Shown: one piece after another, positions 34,148 to 43,773 of the stretch
Position numbering within the stretch: the stretch's first letter is position 1
How the letters are laid out: every line of letters begins with the position of its first letter
DNA from: an uncultured Bacteroidota bacterium
Lineage (GTDB): Bacteria; Bacteroidota; Ignavibacteria; Kryptoniales; JAKASW01
NCBI GenBank assembly: GCA_963790995.1
Contig: CAWBQQ010000001.1
Span: 1,617,552 to 1,681,551, forward strand
Length of the DNA: 64,000 nt
Direction of reading: 5' to 3'
The notes under the pieces: generated by a model
Told to the model about the DNA's origin: nothing
What the model saw: the letters and a program-made list of their open reading frames with translations, nothing else
The model's database searches: none
Translations under genes and position numbers: made by a program

Positions 34148-34381
34148 TCAAACTTGCGCTTTTCTTTTCTTCCACGGCCTAAACACTATGGAATAAACAA
34201 GACCGAGAATGATCAATAAGAATCCCCACCAGATGCCGAAGTCGAGCTGTTGAAGAACAACATGCCGCCCGAAGGCATGGAAATACGCCTCCGCTATGCT
34301 GGAGGCAGCTATAATGATTCCATACGCAAGTAAAAGTACACCGATAAAAAACCAGATTGCTATGCCTTTATTTTCTACCAT
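34148..34381 (-). CDS. small two-TM membrane protein, unknown function
   Basis: 77 aa with two hydrophobic helices and a basic tail (RPWKKRKAQV). It starts 11 nt after the symporter stop on the same strand. Confidence 0.55.
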   Translation of the reverse strand: MVENKGIAIWFFIGVLLLAYGIIIAASSIAEAYFHAFGRHVVLQQLDFGIWWGFLLIILGLVYSIVFRPWKKRKAQV

Positions 34382-34391
34382 TGTTAACTCC

Positions 34392-36134
34392 TCACCAAAA
34401 AATAATGTTCAACGCGATAAATATGACAAAGATGACACATGCCCAGAAGATGGGACGCTTGACCAACGGAAGATTCCCTTCGGAAGGTATCTCAGTGCAA
34501 CCGCGAACTAAACCGACAAGCTCAGCCTCCGGCTTGGGCTGCGACAAAAGACTTACAACGACCGTTACGATTACGCCAATCAAGAAACACCACAATGCAC
34601 GGAACATGTTTTCCGCCATGGGCTGCGCATACGGTGAAAGGGCAATGTATTTCAACGCACGTGGATCGAGGATATCCACCCACAACCACATCGTAATTGA
34701 CGATCCGATGCCGGCGAAGAGTCCCCAGAATCCTGCTTTCGGAGTTGCTTTTTTCCAGAGCATTCCGAGAAGGACAACCCCAAAAGTAGGTGCTACAAAG
34801 AAGCTGAACAGAGCCTGGACGTAATCCATGATGCTGGCGAACTGTTGAACAAGGTAAGCCGTGCCGATGCTGATGAGAACGCCGATAACGGTGCACCATC
34901 GGCCCATTTTAACATAATACTCGTCAGTTTGTTCTTTCTTTGCGAAGAAGACATGCGCGGGTCTGTAGATGTCATAAGTCCACACGGTTGCAAACGCACT
35001 TACGTTTCCAGCCATGCCGGACATAAACCCTGCTATCAGAGCTGTAATACCGAGTCCCAGCAAACCCGGGCCAGCGTACCTCGCAAGCATGAGAGGCAGG
35101 ACTTCATTGAAACTATGAGCGCCTGCCACATTTCTCGCGACATCTTCAGGAACAAGATGGAACGGAAGCACTGCAAGCCCTAACAAACCGGGGAGAATGA
35201 CGATAAACGGTACCATCATCTTAAATCCGGCCCCGATGATCGGAGCCATCTTTGCAGCTCTTAAATCTTTTGAAGACAAGACCCTTTGAACGACAAGAAA
35301 ATCCGTCGTCCAGTATGCCATGGAGATGACGGCTCCGAGGCCGAACACGATTCCTACCCAGTTTATTCCCATCGGATTGTCTTTAAAGGTACCGAGTGTG
35401 CTCCATAGATGGGTATAGTCGCCCACGGGGAAATTTTGATGAATTCTTGCTACCATTCCATTCCAGCCGCCTGTCTCTACTAAACCGACTATCGGTATAA
35501 CGAGAGCACCGAACCAGATCAGCATGAACTGCAATACCTCGTTGAATATCGCCGAGAGCAACCCGCCCATGACAACATAGACCATAACAGTAATTGATGA
35601 AACCCAGATGCTGAAGTGTAAACTCCACCCCAACACGACTTTCATGACTAACGCCATGGCGAACATGTTGATGCCGCTCATAAGAACGGTCATGAAAGCG
35701 AAAGAAACCGCCGACAGCATGCTGGCACTCTCGCCGTATCTCAGCTTTAAATATCCCGGTACAGAATGAGTTTTGCTTATGTAATAAAACGGCATCATTA
35801 CAATCGCGAGGAAAAGCATCGCTGGAATCGCACCGACCCAGTACCAGTGCGTTGCCAGGATTCCATATTGATAAGCAGACGCCGCCCAGCCCATCAGCTC
35901 CAGCGAGCCTAAATTTGCGGCGACAAATGAAAGCCCTGCGATCCACATTGTCATTTTCCGCCCCGCCAGGAAGAAATCTTCGCCGGTCTTTGTAAATCTT
36001 AATAAGTAATACCCTATCCCGAGTACGAACACGAAATAAATCCCGATGATCAACGAATCAACCCAGTCAAGGGAAACCAAGCTCGACACGCCGATTAATA
36101 TTAACGCCGGATGTATACCAAAACCATGAATCAT
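34392..36134 (-). CDS. sodium:solute symporter (SSS/SGLT family), probable pentose/hexose uptake
   Basis: 580 aa with about 14 TM segments and SSS-family-like sequence. First gene of the ara run. Confidence 0.8.
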   Translation of the reverse strand: MIHGFGIHPALILIGVSSLVSLDWVDSLIIGIYFVFVLGIGYYLLRFTKTGEDFFLAGRKMTMWIAGLSFVAANLGSLELMGWAASAYQYGILATHWYWVGAIPAMLFLAIVMMPFYYISKTHSVPGYLKLRYGESASMLSAVSFAFMTVLMSGINMFAMALVMKVVLGWSLHFSIWVSSITVMVYVVMGGLLSAIFNEVLQFMLIWFGALVIPIVGLVETGGWNGMVARIHQNFPVGDYTHLWSTLGTFKDNPMGINWVGIVFGLGAVISMAYWTTDFLVVQRVLSSKDLRAAKMAPIIGAGFKMMVPFIVILPGLLGLAVLPFHLVPEDVARNVAGAHSFNEVLPLMLARYAGPGLLGLGITALIAGFMSGMAGNVSAFATVWTYDIYRPAHVFFAKKEQTDEYYVKMGRWCTVIGVLISIGTAYLVQQFASIMDYVQALFSFFVAPTFGVVLLGMLWKKATPKAGFWGLFAGIGSSITMWLWVDILDPRALKYIALSPYAQPMAENMFRALWCFLIGVIVTVVVSLLSQPKPEAELVGLVRGCTEIPSEGNLPLVKRPIFWACVIFVIFIALNIIFW

Positions 36135-36213
36135 GCTTCTCCTTTTTGAGTTATTGCTTTCTCTATTTTAACTTCGTGCGACAACAAATTAAGGGGTTGA
36201 CGAAAGATGTGAA

Positions 36214-36245
36214 TAATAGTGGTGTTCGATTGAACACCACTATTA
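36214..36245 (-). terminator. strong hairpin after the OMP gene
   Basis: AATAGTGGTGTTC-gatt-GAACACCACTATT is a perfect 13-bp stem (14 bp with the flanking T-A), 21 nt downstream of the stop at 36266. Confidence 0.65.
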
Positions 36246-36265
36246 CATTCAGTGTCAGATATTTC

Positions 36266-36883
36266 TTAGAAATACACTCCAAGCGTCAAGCCTGCAGTCT
36301 GAAACCCGAGATTGAAGCCGCTGTTGCCAGAGCTGCCGGCATATGAAGTGCTCAGCGTTGAAATTCCAAACTGGTATTCGGCGCCGAGGCTGATGTTCTG
36401 GTTGAAGAAATATTCCACACCGAGAATCGCACCCAATCCAAAAGTGGAATACGAGTCGGTGATGCTGGTAGCAGCTTCACCGGTCGGTACGGACCCGGTT
36501 TGTGTTTCACTGTAGACGTTGAAATAAGCTCCACCGCCAACGTAAGGACTCACTCTGGATGAAATTGGGAAGTGGTATTCAAGTGCAGCTTCGATTCCGA
36601 ATGTCGTAATATCGTCCGTCGCATTTGTCGTATTTGGCACCTCTGACTTTATGGTCGAATCACTCAGTCCGAACTGCAGCATAGCGCGCAACGCCAAATT
36701 ATCGGACAGAAAGATTTTGCCTCCTATTCCTCCCATGTACGCATTGGCGCCGAGATCACTAAGTCCGCTAAAGTTGAATAGAAGAGCTTTGCTCCCTGAC
36801 GTAGGCGCGATGATGGTTTGAGATTGCACCGTCGAATATGCTAACAACATTAATACCGGCAAGAGAATGGTTAGTTTACGCAT
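36266..36883 (-). CDS. small outer-membrane beta-barrel protein (OmpW/porin-like)
   Basis: 205 aa with a signal peptide, alternating beta-strand pattern and a C-terminal ...GLTLGVYF ending in Phe. Confidence 0.7.
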   Translation of the reverse strand: MRKLTILLPVLMLLAYSTVQSQTIIAPTSGSKALLFNFSGLSDLGANAYMGGIGGKIFLSDNLALRAMLQFGLSDSTIKSEVPNTTNATDDITTFGIEAALEYHFPISSRVSPYVGGGAYFNVYSETQTGSVPTGEAATSITDSYSTFGLGAILGVEYFFNQNISLGAEYQFGISTLSTSYAGSSGNSGFNLGFQTAGLTLGVYF

Positions 36884-37167
36884 AATAGTTTCTCCCTTTT
36901 TATGCTTGATTTATAAATCTGTTGCGAGGAACGATAAATATAGATGAGCGCCTTCCTCGTAAGGCTGCCCAAAATGCACTAACATCCATGGTAAAGTAAT
37001 GAATCTTCTTCAATAGCACAATATCAATAATAGATTTCAAGTTATCCTTATTGCTGATGGGGTTTTTTGGGCTGCCTTTCTTGACGGCACCGGTTTGCAA
37101 TTTTATGAATAATGCCCAATTTTCCGACACAATGCCTGATTGGGGGCGCCAAACAAATTCTTATTAA

Positions 37168-38802
37168 TCATTTCTCGCCCATAAACGGATAACGATAATT
37201 CTTCGGCGGCAGGAAGTTTTCTTTAGTAGTTCTCGGAGAAAGCCATCGTACGACGTTGAGGAGGCTGCCGGCTTTGTCGTTTGTTCCGCTCGCACGTGCG
37301 CCCCCAAACGGCTGCTGTCCGACTACGGCACCGGTCGGCTTGTCATTTATATAGAAATTTCCCGATGCATTCACAAGTGCTTTGTTAGCCGTGGAAATCG
37401 CGTATCGGTCGTTTGCAAAGATTGCACCCGTCAAAGCATAAGGCGAAGTCTCGTCGCAGAGATGAAGCGTCTCTTCGTATTTGCCGTCGTCATAGACAAA
37501 AACTGTCATGACAGGACCGAAAATTTCTTCCTCCATCGTTTTGAAGTGAGGATCCTTTGCGAGAATAATAGTAGGCTCGACAAAATACCCCTTCGAATCA
37601 TCACAATTCCCGCCAAAAACAATTTCCGCCTCGCTCGACTTCTTTGCGTAGTCTATGTACCGGGTTATTGTCGAGAAAGCATTTCTATCAATCACTGCGT
37701 TCATAAAGTTCGTGAAATCGCGCACGTCGCCTATCCTCACGGACTTTAGCTCGCCGGTCAAATAATCTTTCAGATTTGCCCAGAGCGATTTCGGAATGTA
37801 TGAGCGAGATGCGGCTGAGCATTTTTGTCCCTGATACTCGAAAGCGCCTCTGATAATTGCGGCACCAAGGACTTCCACGTCGGCGCTCTTATGAACAAAT
37901 ATGAAGTCCTTACCGCCCGTCTCGCCGACAATGCGAGGATATGATTTATATTTACTGATATTTGCACCGACGGTTTTCCACATATCCTGGAACACTGCCG
38001 TGCTGCCGGTGAAATGAATTCCGGCAAGATAAGTAGAAGACATTGCCGGCCGTCCGACATCGCTGCCCGACCCCGGAACGAAATTGATCACTCCCGGCGG
38101 AACTCCGGCTTCTTCGAGCAGCTTTATAATATGGTACGCCGAATAAACCGCGCTCGACGCCGGTTTCGCAAGCACAACATTCCCGACCATCGCAGGCGCA
38201 GTCGGAAGGTTGCCCGCTATCGAGGTAAAATTAAACGGCGAGACTGCAAATACGAAACCTTCGAGAGGGCGATACTCCATCTTGTTGCGCACGTCCATCG
38301 GTGAATGCGGCGGCTGCATTTCGAACAGCCGCATTGCATAATAAGCGTTAAACCGGAGAAAGTCCGTCAGCTCCGCGGCAGCGTCGATCTCCGCCTGGAA
38401 GACATTTTTGCTCTGTCCAAGCATCGTGGCTGCGTTCAGAGTGTCGCGCCACGGGCCTGAAAGAAGTGCCGCGGCTTTCATAAAGATCGAAAGACGTTCT
38501 TCCCAGTCCAACGCAGCCCATGACTCGCGGGCGGCAAGCGCCGCTTTGATCGCCAGGTCAACTTCCTTCTCGCCGGCTTGATGATAAGCCGCGATCACCG
38601 TCTTATGATCGTGCGGGACAATACATCTCCCCACTTTGCCTGTTTTGATTTCCTCGCCGCCGATGATCAGCGGAATCTCGATTTGCTTGCTCAGCATCTC
38701 CTCTAACTTTGCTTTCAATGATGCTTTCTCCGCCGAACCGGGTAGATAATTTTTCACCGGCTCGTTCGGCGGAATCGGTATTTCAAATTTTGCATTTGCC
38801 AT
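37168..38802 (-). CDS. pruA: L-glutamate gamma-semialdehyde (1-pyrroline-5-carboxylate) dehydrogenase
   Basis: ORF 37168..38850. I prefer the ATG at 38802 (MANAKFEIPIPPNEP, GGGAGGG RBS). ALDH motifs FTGS and EYQGQKCSA are present. Confidence 0.85.
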   Translation of the reverse strand: MANAKFEIPIPPNEPVKNYLPGSAEKASLKAKLEEMLSKQIEIPLIIGGEEIKTGKVGRCIVPHDHKTVIAAYHQAGEKEVDLAIKAALAARESWAALDWEERLSIFMKAAALLSGPWRDTLNAATMLGQSKNVFQAEIDAAAELTDFLRFNAYYAMRLFEMQPPHSPMDVRNKMEYRPLEGFVFAVSPFNFTSIAGNLPTAPAMVGNVVLAKPASSAVYSAYHIIKLLEEAGVPPGVINFVPGSGSDVGRPAMSSTYLAGIHFTGSTAVFQDMWKTVGANISKYKSYPRIVGETGGKDFIFVHKSADVEVLGAAIIRGAFEYQGQKCSAASRSYIPKSLWANLKDYLTGELKSVRIGDVRDFTNFMNAVIDRNAFSTITRYIDYAKKSSEAEIVFGGNCDDSKGYFVEPTIILAKDPHFKTMEEEIFGPVMTVFVYDDGKYEETLHLCDETSPYALTGAIFANDRYAISTANKALVNASGNFYINDKPTGAVVGQQPFGGARASGTNDKAGSLLNVVRWLSPRTTKENFLPPKNYRYPFMGEK

Positions 38803-38989
38803 AGAGTTTCCCTCCCGGAATTTATCGGCGCTGATATCGGACAGTTGCAAAAACCATGTTGAAAATCAATCTAACATTCAAAATGAAAAAGTCCGAGCCC
38901 ACGAGGGCAGCCGTCGAAATTTTCAGCAAGAATCGGGTTTTTCCGTCGATATCCAGCCCGTAAATTTATCGTAAAGCACGGAGTAAAAG

Positions 38990-39820
38990 ATGACCGACTA
39001 CGAACGAATAGCGAAGGCGATTTCATTTATAAACCAAAATTTCATGGAACAACCCGATCTCGACCGCGTTGCGAGCGAAGTGCATTTGAGCAAGTTTCAT
39101 TTCCACCGTCTGTTCGAAAAATGGGCTGGAGTAAGCCCGAAGAAATTTCTGGAGTACATAAGCGTTGAACATGCAAAAATTTTATTAAGACAAAAGGCTT
39201 CGCTCGCCGAGACGAGTTATCAAGTCGGGCTCTCCGGTACAAGCCGCCTCCACGACTTGTTTATCAACATCGAACGGATGACACCGGGTGAATTCAAGAA
39301 CAAGGGCGAAAATCTTGCCATCAGTTACAATTTCTATGAGACTCCCTTCGGAAAAATTATCGTCGCTTCCATAATGAAAGGAATCTGTCATATCGGCTTT
39401 GCAAACAACGAACAACGCTCCTTAAGAATATTGCGAGACAAATATGCAAACGCTTTATTCACACGGAAGAGAGATCCATTTCATCGGAAAGCGTTGAAGG
39501 TTTTTAAAGACGATTGGAGCAATATCGAGAAAATCAAACTTCATCTCAGAGCGACTCCGTTCAAGCTGAAAGTGTGGGAGGCCCTCTTAAAAATTCCCTT
39601 TGGTGAAATACGAGCTTACTCGGAGATTGCCGAAGCCATCGATAATCCAACCGCATCAAGAGCAGTTGGAACTGCCATCGGAAGCAACCCGGTTGCGTAT
39701 TTGATCCCGTGCCATCGAGTGATTAAATCAACAGGAATGATAGGCGATTATCACTGGGGAAATGTACGGAAGACTGCGATCATCGGGTGGGAAGCAGCGA
39801 AAACTTCGGGAGAGAATTAG
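38990..39820 (+). CDS. AraC-type HTH fused to O6-alkylguanine-DNA methyltransferase (Ada-like)
   Basis: 276 aa. The N-terminal AraC HTH reads SKFHFHRLFEKWAGVSPKKF. The C-terminal MGMT domain has the active site IPCHRVI. Confidence 0.85.
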   Translation: MTDYERIAKAISFINQNFMEQPDLDRVASEVHLSKFHFHRLFEKWAGVSPKKFLEYISVEHAKILLRQKASLAETSYQVGLSGTSRLHDLFINIERMTPGEFKNKGENLAISYNFYETPFGKIIVASIMKGICHIGFANNEQRSLRILRDKYANALFTRKRDPFHRKALKVFKDDWSNIEKIKLHLRATPFKLKVWEALLKIPFGEIRAYSEIAEAIDNPTASRAVGTAIGSNPVAYLIPCHRVIKSTGMIGDYHWGNVRKTAIIGWEAAKTSGEN

Positions 39821-39849
39821 TTCGATAAATTTTCAGTTGACATCAAAAG

Positions 39850-40128
39850 ATGCTTATCTTATTTTTAAAGGGAAAACATTTGACTGAAATTATTGGCCTT
39901 ATGGCGGCGGTTTTGACAACCACAGCATTCATTCCGCAATTCCTAAAAATGTGGAAGACTCATTCGACGCAGGACATCAGCCTGAGAATGTACCTGATGT
40001 TTTGTGCCGGCGTGCTGTTCTGGCTGATTTACGGATTAGAAATTAATTCTCTCCCTGTCATTCTCGCGAACGCAGCGACACTCGCGTTGACGCTTATGAT
40101 ACTCGCGTTTAAGATTAGGTATAAGTAA
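39850..40128 (+). CDS. SemiSWEET / PQ-loop sugar transporter
   Basis: Three TM segments with the TTTAFIPQFLKMWK PQ motif. The true start may be the TTG at 39880 (LTEIIGLMAAV), which has an AAGGGA upstream. Confidence 0.75.
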   Translation: MLILFLKGKHLTEIIGLMAAVLTTTAFIPQFLKMWKTHSTQDISLRMYLMFCAGVLFWLIYGLEINSLPVILANAATLALTLMILAFKIRYK

Positions 40129-40211
40129 ATCCTGAAATTTGAAGTCCGAAGAAGATCGGCTATCCGCCTGGAAGGTAGAATCACCGCCAACGGTTGCACC
40201 AACTACCCGGT

Positions 40212-41924
40212 TCACAAATCCATTTTCAGTGCACGCACTCCGAAATACCTTGCAATTGCAGCGCAACCCGCGCCGATCAGAAGCAATATCCAGATCCCCC
40301 ATAGCTCATCCTGCAATTTTCCTTTCGAGGAAAAATATTGAAACGTCCGATTGAACACGATCGAGCTTAGTATCACCATTACGCCAACCGATACTATGAG
40401 AGAAACAGTCGCACCGTGTGATGAGGAAATCCGCACGGGATTTTTTTCCTTATAGTCCACAAATGCGCCGCCGAAAATCATGACCACGGATGGGAATATT
40501 ATACCGCCCGCGAAGCCGAACGCCATGCTCGTCGGAATGAGGTCGCGAAACTTTTCAAAAGGCGATAGCGCCGCGTACCCGAGTACCGTTCCTATCGTGG
40601 ATAAGAATACGATGCCCGGTAACAGCTTCGTGTAGAAAACTTCGTTCAGTTTTACCGGCGACGACCTCACAAGCCAAAAACTTTCTCCTTCGAGACTGAG
40701 CATCGGATAAACAAACCGAACCGCAAGCGCGACGACAAGAAAATTATTGAACGCATAAATCAAAGTGAATGCGGACGTAATTATGAATTTATCGGGCAGG
40801 TAAATGCGCATCGCGAAAAGATTGAAAAGAAATACTCCGATCAAAAGTATCAAGACGGCAAAGTGGAACGTCTGGCTCGGCTCCCGAATGAACAACAAAA
40901 GATCCCTCTTCATCAAAGAAACAGGCTTCACCGGGGCGCCCGTTGATTTCTCCTTCGCGGTTGACATGCCCAATTTCCTTTCGAACAATTTCTGCCGAGC
41001 GATCCAATATGTTTCCTGGTAGAATTTATCCGCTAACTTCGTCATCAAGAGGAACAAGAGGACGGCAAAGGTGCAGACGATAATCGCAGAGGCGGCAGCT
41101 CCTATAATATTATCCGTCGATGTGAAATAGAAAAAGTTGGCGGCCCAAAAACTTGGGGCGATGTAATCGGGTTTTGGATCGAGCGCACCAAGATACCTAT
41201 CGATGTGCGGATAATATTTCATTACGTCGTTAAAAAGCTTGAACGGATTATTCAGGCGAATATAAGCGTAAGTGGTGCCGGCGTAAAGAATTGTGACGAC
41301 TGCGGCGGCGACTCTTATCGAAATTGTTTTCGAAAATTTCAGAACGAGAAGTAAAGTTATCGCTCCTATACAGGCTGCCGAGAAAATCATGGGCAAAATC
41401 ACCAGCGGTATTCCGACGAAAATGGCCAGATCATTTTTGAAATAACTTGCGTATCCTGCGACGGCAGATAAAATAAGAATCAGCATGAGTGCAGAGCTAT
41501 ACAAGAATGAATCTAGAAATTTTGCCGTGAATATCGCCGTCGGACTTATCGGCATCGTGTGAAGAAATTCCGTCTCGGTGTTTCTGAACACTGTTACAAA
41601 AGCGACAAGAATATTGGCGACACAAATAATGGCAAAGAAAACGAATAGCGCCAGCCCGAGGAGCCGGTGATAAAGGAATAGACCAAGCTTTGCTTCCGTT
41701 ATCATATACCTGCTCATGAATTTCACGACGGAAAACACCAGATATGCAAAGACGGAAAATGTGATAATAGAAAAAATGGATCTTCCCAGATGACGGCTCA
41801 GCCTTTCCCCTCCCACGAGGTAGAGAAGCCGGAATTTTATTTTTATTAGTTCTTTGAGCATTTCGAAAGGAGGCAAAGCGAGAAAGGAAAAGGGGAACAA
41901 ATGTATAAAGGTGAAAGGTGCCAT
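40212..41924 (-). CDS. large polytopic ABC-exporter permease (putative ABC exporter family)
   Basis: 570 aa with about 12 or more hydrophobic segments. Sits immediately downstream of the ABC ATPase. The start is uncertain (M1 at 41924 or M22 at 41861). Confidence 0.65.
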   Translation of the reverse strand: MAPFTFIHLFPFSFLALPPFEMLKELIKIKFRLLYLVGGERLSRHLGRSIFSIITFSVFAYLVFSVVKFMSRYMITEAKLGLFLYHRLLGLALFVFFAIICVANILVAFVTVFRNTETEFLHTMPISPTAIFTAKFLDSFLYSSALMLILILSAVAGYASYFKNDLAIFVGIPLVILPMIFSAACIGAITLLLVLKFSKTISIRVAAAVVTILYAGTTYAYIRLNNPFKLFNDVMKYYPHIDRYLGALDPKPDYIAPSFWAANFFYFTSTDNIIGAAASAIIVCTFAVLLFLLMTKLADKFYQETYWIARQKLFERKLGMSTAKEKSTGAPVKPVSLMKRDLLLFIREPSQTFHFAVLILLIGVFLFNLFAMRIYLPDKFIITSAFTLIYAFNNFLVVALAVRFVYPMLSLEGESFWLVRSSPVKLNEVFYTKLLPGIVFLSTIGTVLGYAALSPFEKFRDLIPTSMAFGFAGGIIFPSVVMIFGGAFVDYKEKNPVRISSSHGATVSLIVSVGVMVILSSIVFNRTFQYFSSKGKLQDELWGIWILLLIGAGCAAIARYFGVRALKMDL

Positions 41925-41958
41925 GTTCTATTTTGCATCTTTGCGCCTTTCTGCTCGC

Positions 41959-42681
41959 TCATTGAAGATTAGCGGTAAGTTCGATGTATTTTTCTTCGAG
42001 ATACCCGACCCCGTCGGTTGAAAATTGGTCCATACCTCCGTCGAAAACGAGCTTGCCCGAATGTATGATACCGATCCTGGTACAAACATCCTTTGCGAGC
42101 GAAAGCTGGTGAGTCGTAAGGAAGACGGCCGTACCATCTTGTGCCGCAAGCTTGATCTGCGACTTAAACGTTTCTGCGCCGCGCGGATCGAGACCCACCA
42201 TGGGTTCATCTATAACTATAAGTTTCGGCCTGTGCATCATCGCCGCAGCCAGCACGAGCCGCTGCCTCATTCCCTGCGAATAATCCTCGATGCGCTTGTT
42301 CAGCCATGGCTTCACCTCGTATATCTCGGACACATTTCGTATTCCATCGGACGATTCCTTATCGCTCATCCCGTACATTCTCGCCGTGAACAGCAGGAAT
42401 TCATGTCCGCTCAATTTCTCATAAAGGAACGGCTGGTCAGGGACATAAGAAAGATACTTTTTCGCCTCTGTCGGAGACGAATGAGCATCGATACCGTCTA
42501 TCTTCACGCTGCCGGCTGTCGGCTTGAGAAGCGTCGCGATCATCTTTATAGTCGTCGTTTTCCCTGCGCCGTTCGGGCCAAGAAATCCGTAAATTTCTCC
42601 AATGTCAACTTTAATCGACAGGTTTTCTACCGCGGTAAAAGAGCCGAATTTTTTTGTCAGGGAGATTATCTCAAGCATCAA
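41959..42681 (-). CDS. ABC transporter ATP-binding protein
   Basis: 240 aa with Walker A GPNGAGKTT, signature YSQGMRQRL and Walker B LIVIDEP. Confidence 0.9.
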   Translation of the reverse strand: MMLEIISLTKKFGSFTAVENLSIKVDIGEIYGFLGPNGAGKTTTIKMIATLLKPTAGSVKIDGIDAHSSPTEAKKYLSYVPDQPFLYEKLSGHEFLLFTARMYGMSDKESSDGIRNVSEIYEVKPWLNKRIEDYSQGMRQRLVLAAAMMHRPKLIVIDEPMVGLDPRGAETFKSQIKLAAQDGTAVFLTTHQLSLAKDVCTRIGIIHSGKLVFDGGMDQFSTDGVGYLEEKYIELTANLQ

Positions 42682-42949
42682 GTAAGAAATTAAACGCCGC
42701 GTGCCTCAGTTGCAACGCTGCCTCCAACCCTCGACGCAATTTGATTGAACCGGCTTTTGCTCCGCGCTTTCCAGCTGGACCGGATTGAATGTACGGCTCG
42801 ATCTTGGCCTTCCAAAAGGGCAGGAGAAATGTTAAATTGATTTCGATATGTACTCTTCTCGGGAAAAGTTAAAGATAAATATTACCCAGCAGCAGGCTCA
42901 TCAGCCCGCGGCGGCCGAAGGCTTTGCTGTAGGTGTACCGCAGGCGGAG

Positions 42950-43773
42950 ATGAAAGTCTTGCTGCAAAAATACGGCGTTTTGAAAAGCTGTCTTGGAAAA
43001 TATGCGGCAGAGGGTTTAGTCGTCGCTTTTTCAGGCGGTGTTGACAGCGGCTTTCTCCTCTGGGCTGCCGAAGAAGCAAGGAAAAAATACGGCGGCAGCT
43101 TGATCGCGCTTACAACAAACAGCGAAAGCATGCCGGGGCCATGATAAAGAAGACGTTCGAAAGATTTATAGCAAAAGTCGGTGTTAGACATATCTGGAAA
43201 AACAGCGCGGAGATCGAGAATCCGGAATATTTGAATAATGACTCTCTTAGATGTTATCATTGCAAGACGGAATTGTTCAGCATCGCGAAAGAAGTTGCAT
43301 CGGAAAATGACTGCAAGCGGATTGCATACGGTTACAGTGCCTCCGACAAAACCGATATTCGTCCCGGACATAAAGCCGCGCTTGAAAATGAGATTTTGTT
43401 TCCACTTGCCGAGTATGATTTCAAAAAAGAAGAAATCAGAGAACTTATGCGGTTTCATGGCCTCGAACTATCCGACAAGCCGTCGAGTCCATGTTTGAGC
43501 TCGCGAATCATGACAGGAGTCCGAATTACGAAACAAGAATTGAAAGATGTGGATGAGCTTGAAAATATTTTGCGCAGCGGCGGACTGAAGATTTTCCGGC
43601 TGCGTGTTCATGAGATAGATGGGAAGTACTTTCTGAGATTGGAAACGGTACCGGCGGAAATGATGCTGGCGCTGCAACTGAAAGAGGAGCTGGTGAAGGA
43701 AGCCAAGGCGCGCGGTTACCGGTGGGTGACGCTGGACCTGGAAGGGTACAAAACCGGCGGCGGAACCCTTTAA
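42950..43773 (+). pseudogene. larE: PP-loop ATPase / sulfur transferase LarE, split by a 1-nt frame break in a G-run
   Basis: ORFs 42848..43144 and 43141..43773. The PP-loop motif is VVAFSGGVDS. The break is at ccggggcc (about 43130-43137); adding one G gives ...SESMPGAMIKKTFERFIAKVGVRH. Downstream are RCYHCK and SSPCLSSR motifs. The likely start is the ATG at 42950 (GGCGGAG RBS). Confidence 0.75.

Noticed and set aside
36900-37130. 76-aa minus ORF between pruA and the OMP gene
   Set aside because: It has a GTG start without an RBS, a Lys/Ile-rich low-information sequence and no family match I can recall. It remains possible but unsupported.
42889-42949. Possible NiCo or other metal riboswitch upstream of larE
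   Set aside because: Only about 50 nt of GC-rich pairing is visible, and I cannot recognise conserved riboswitch cores by eye. It is kept as a hypothesis in the findings, not called as a feature.
42025-43458. 222-aa plus ORF (42025..42693) and 185-aa minus ORF (42901..43458)
   Set aside because: They are antisense to the ABC ATPase and to larE respectively. Both sense genes carry unmistakable Walker and PP-loop motifs.
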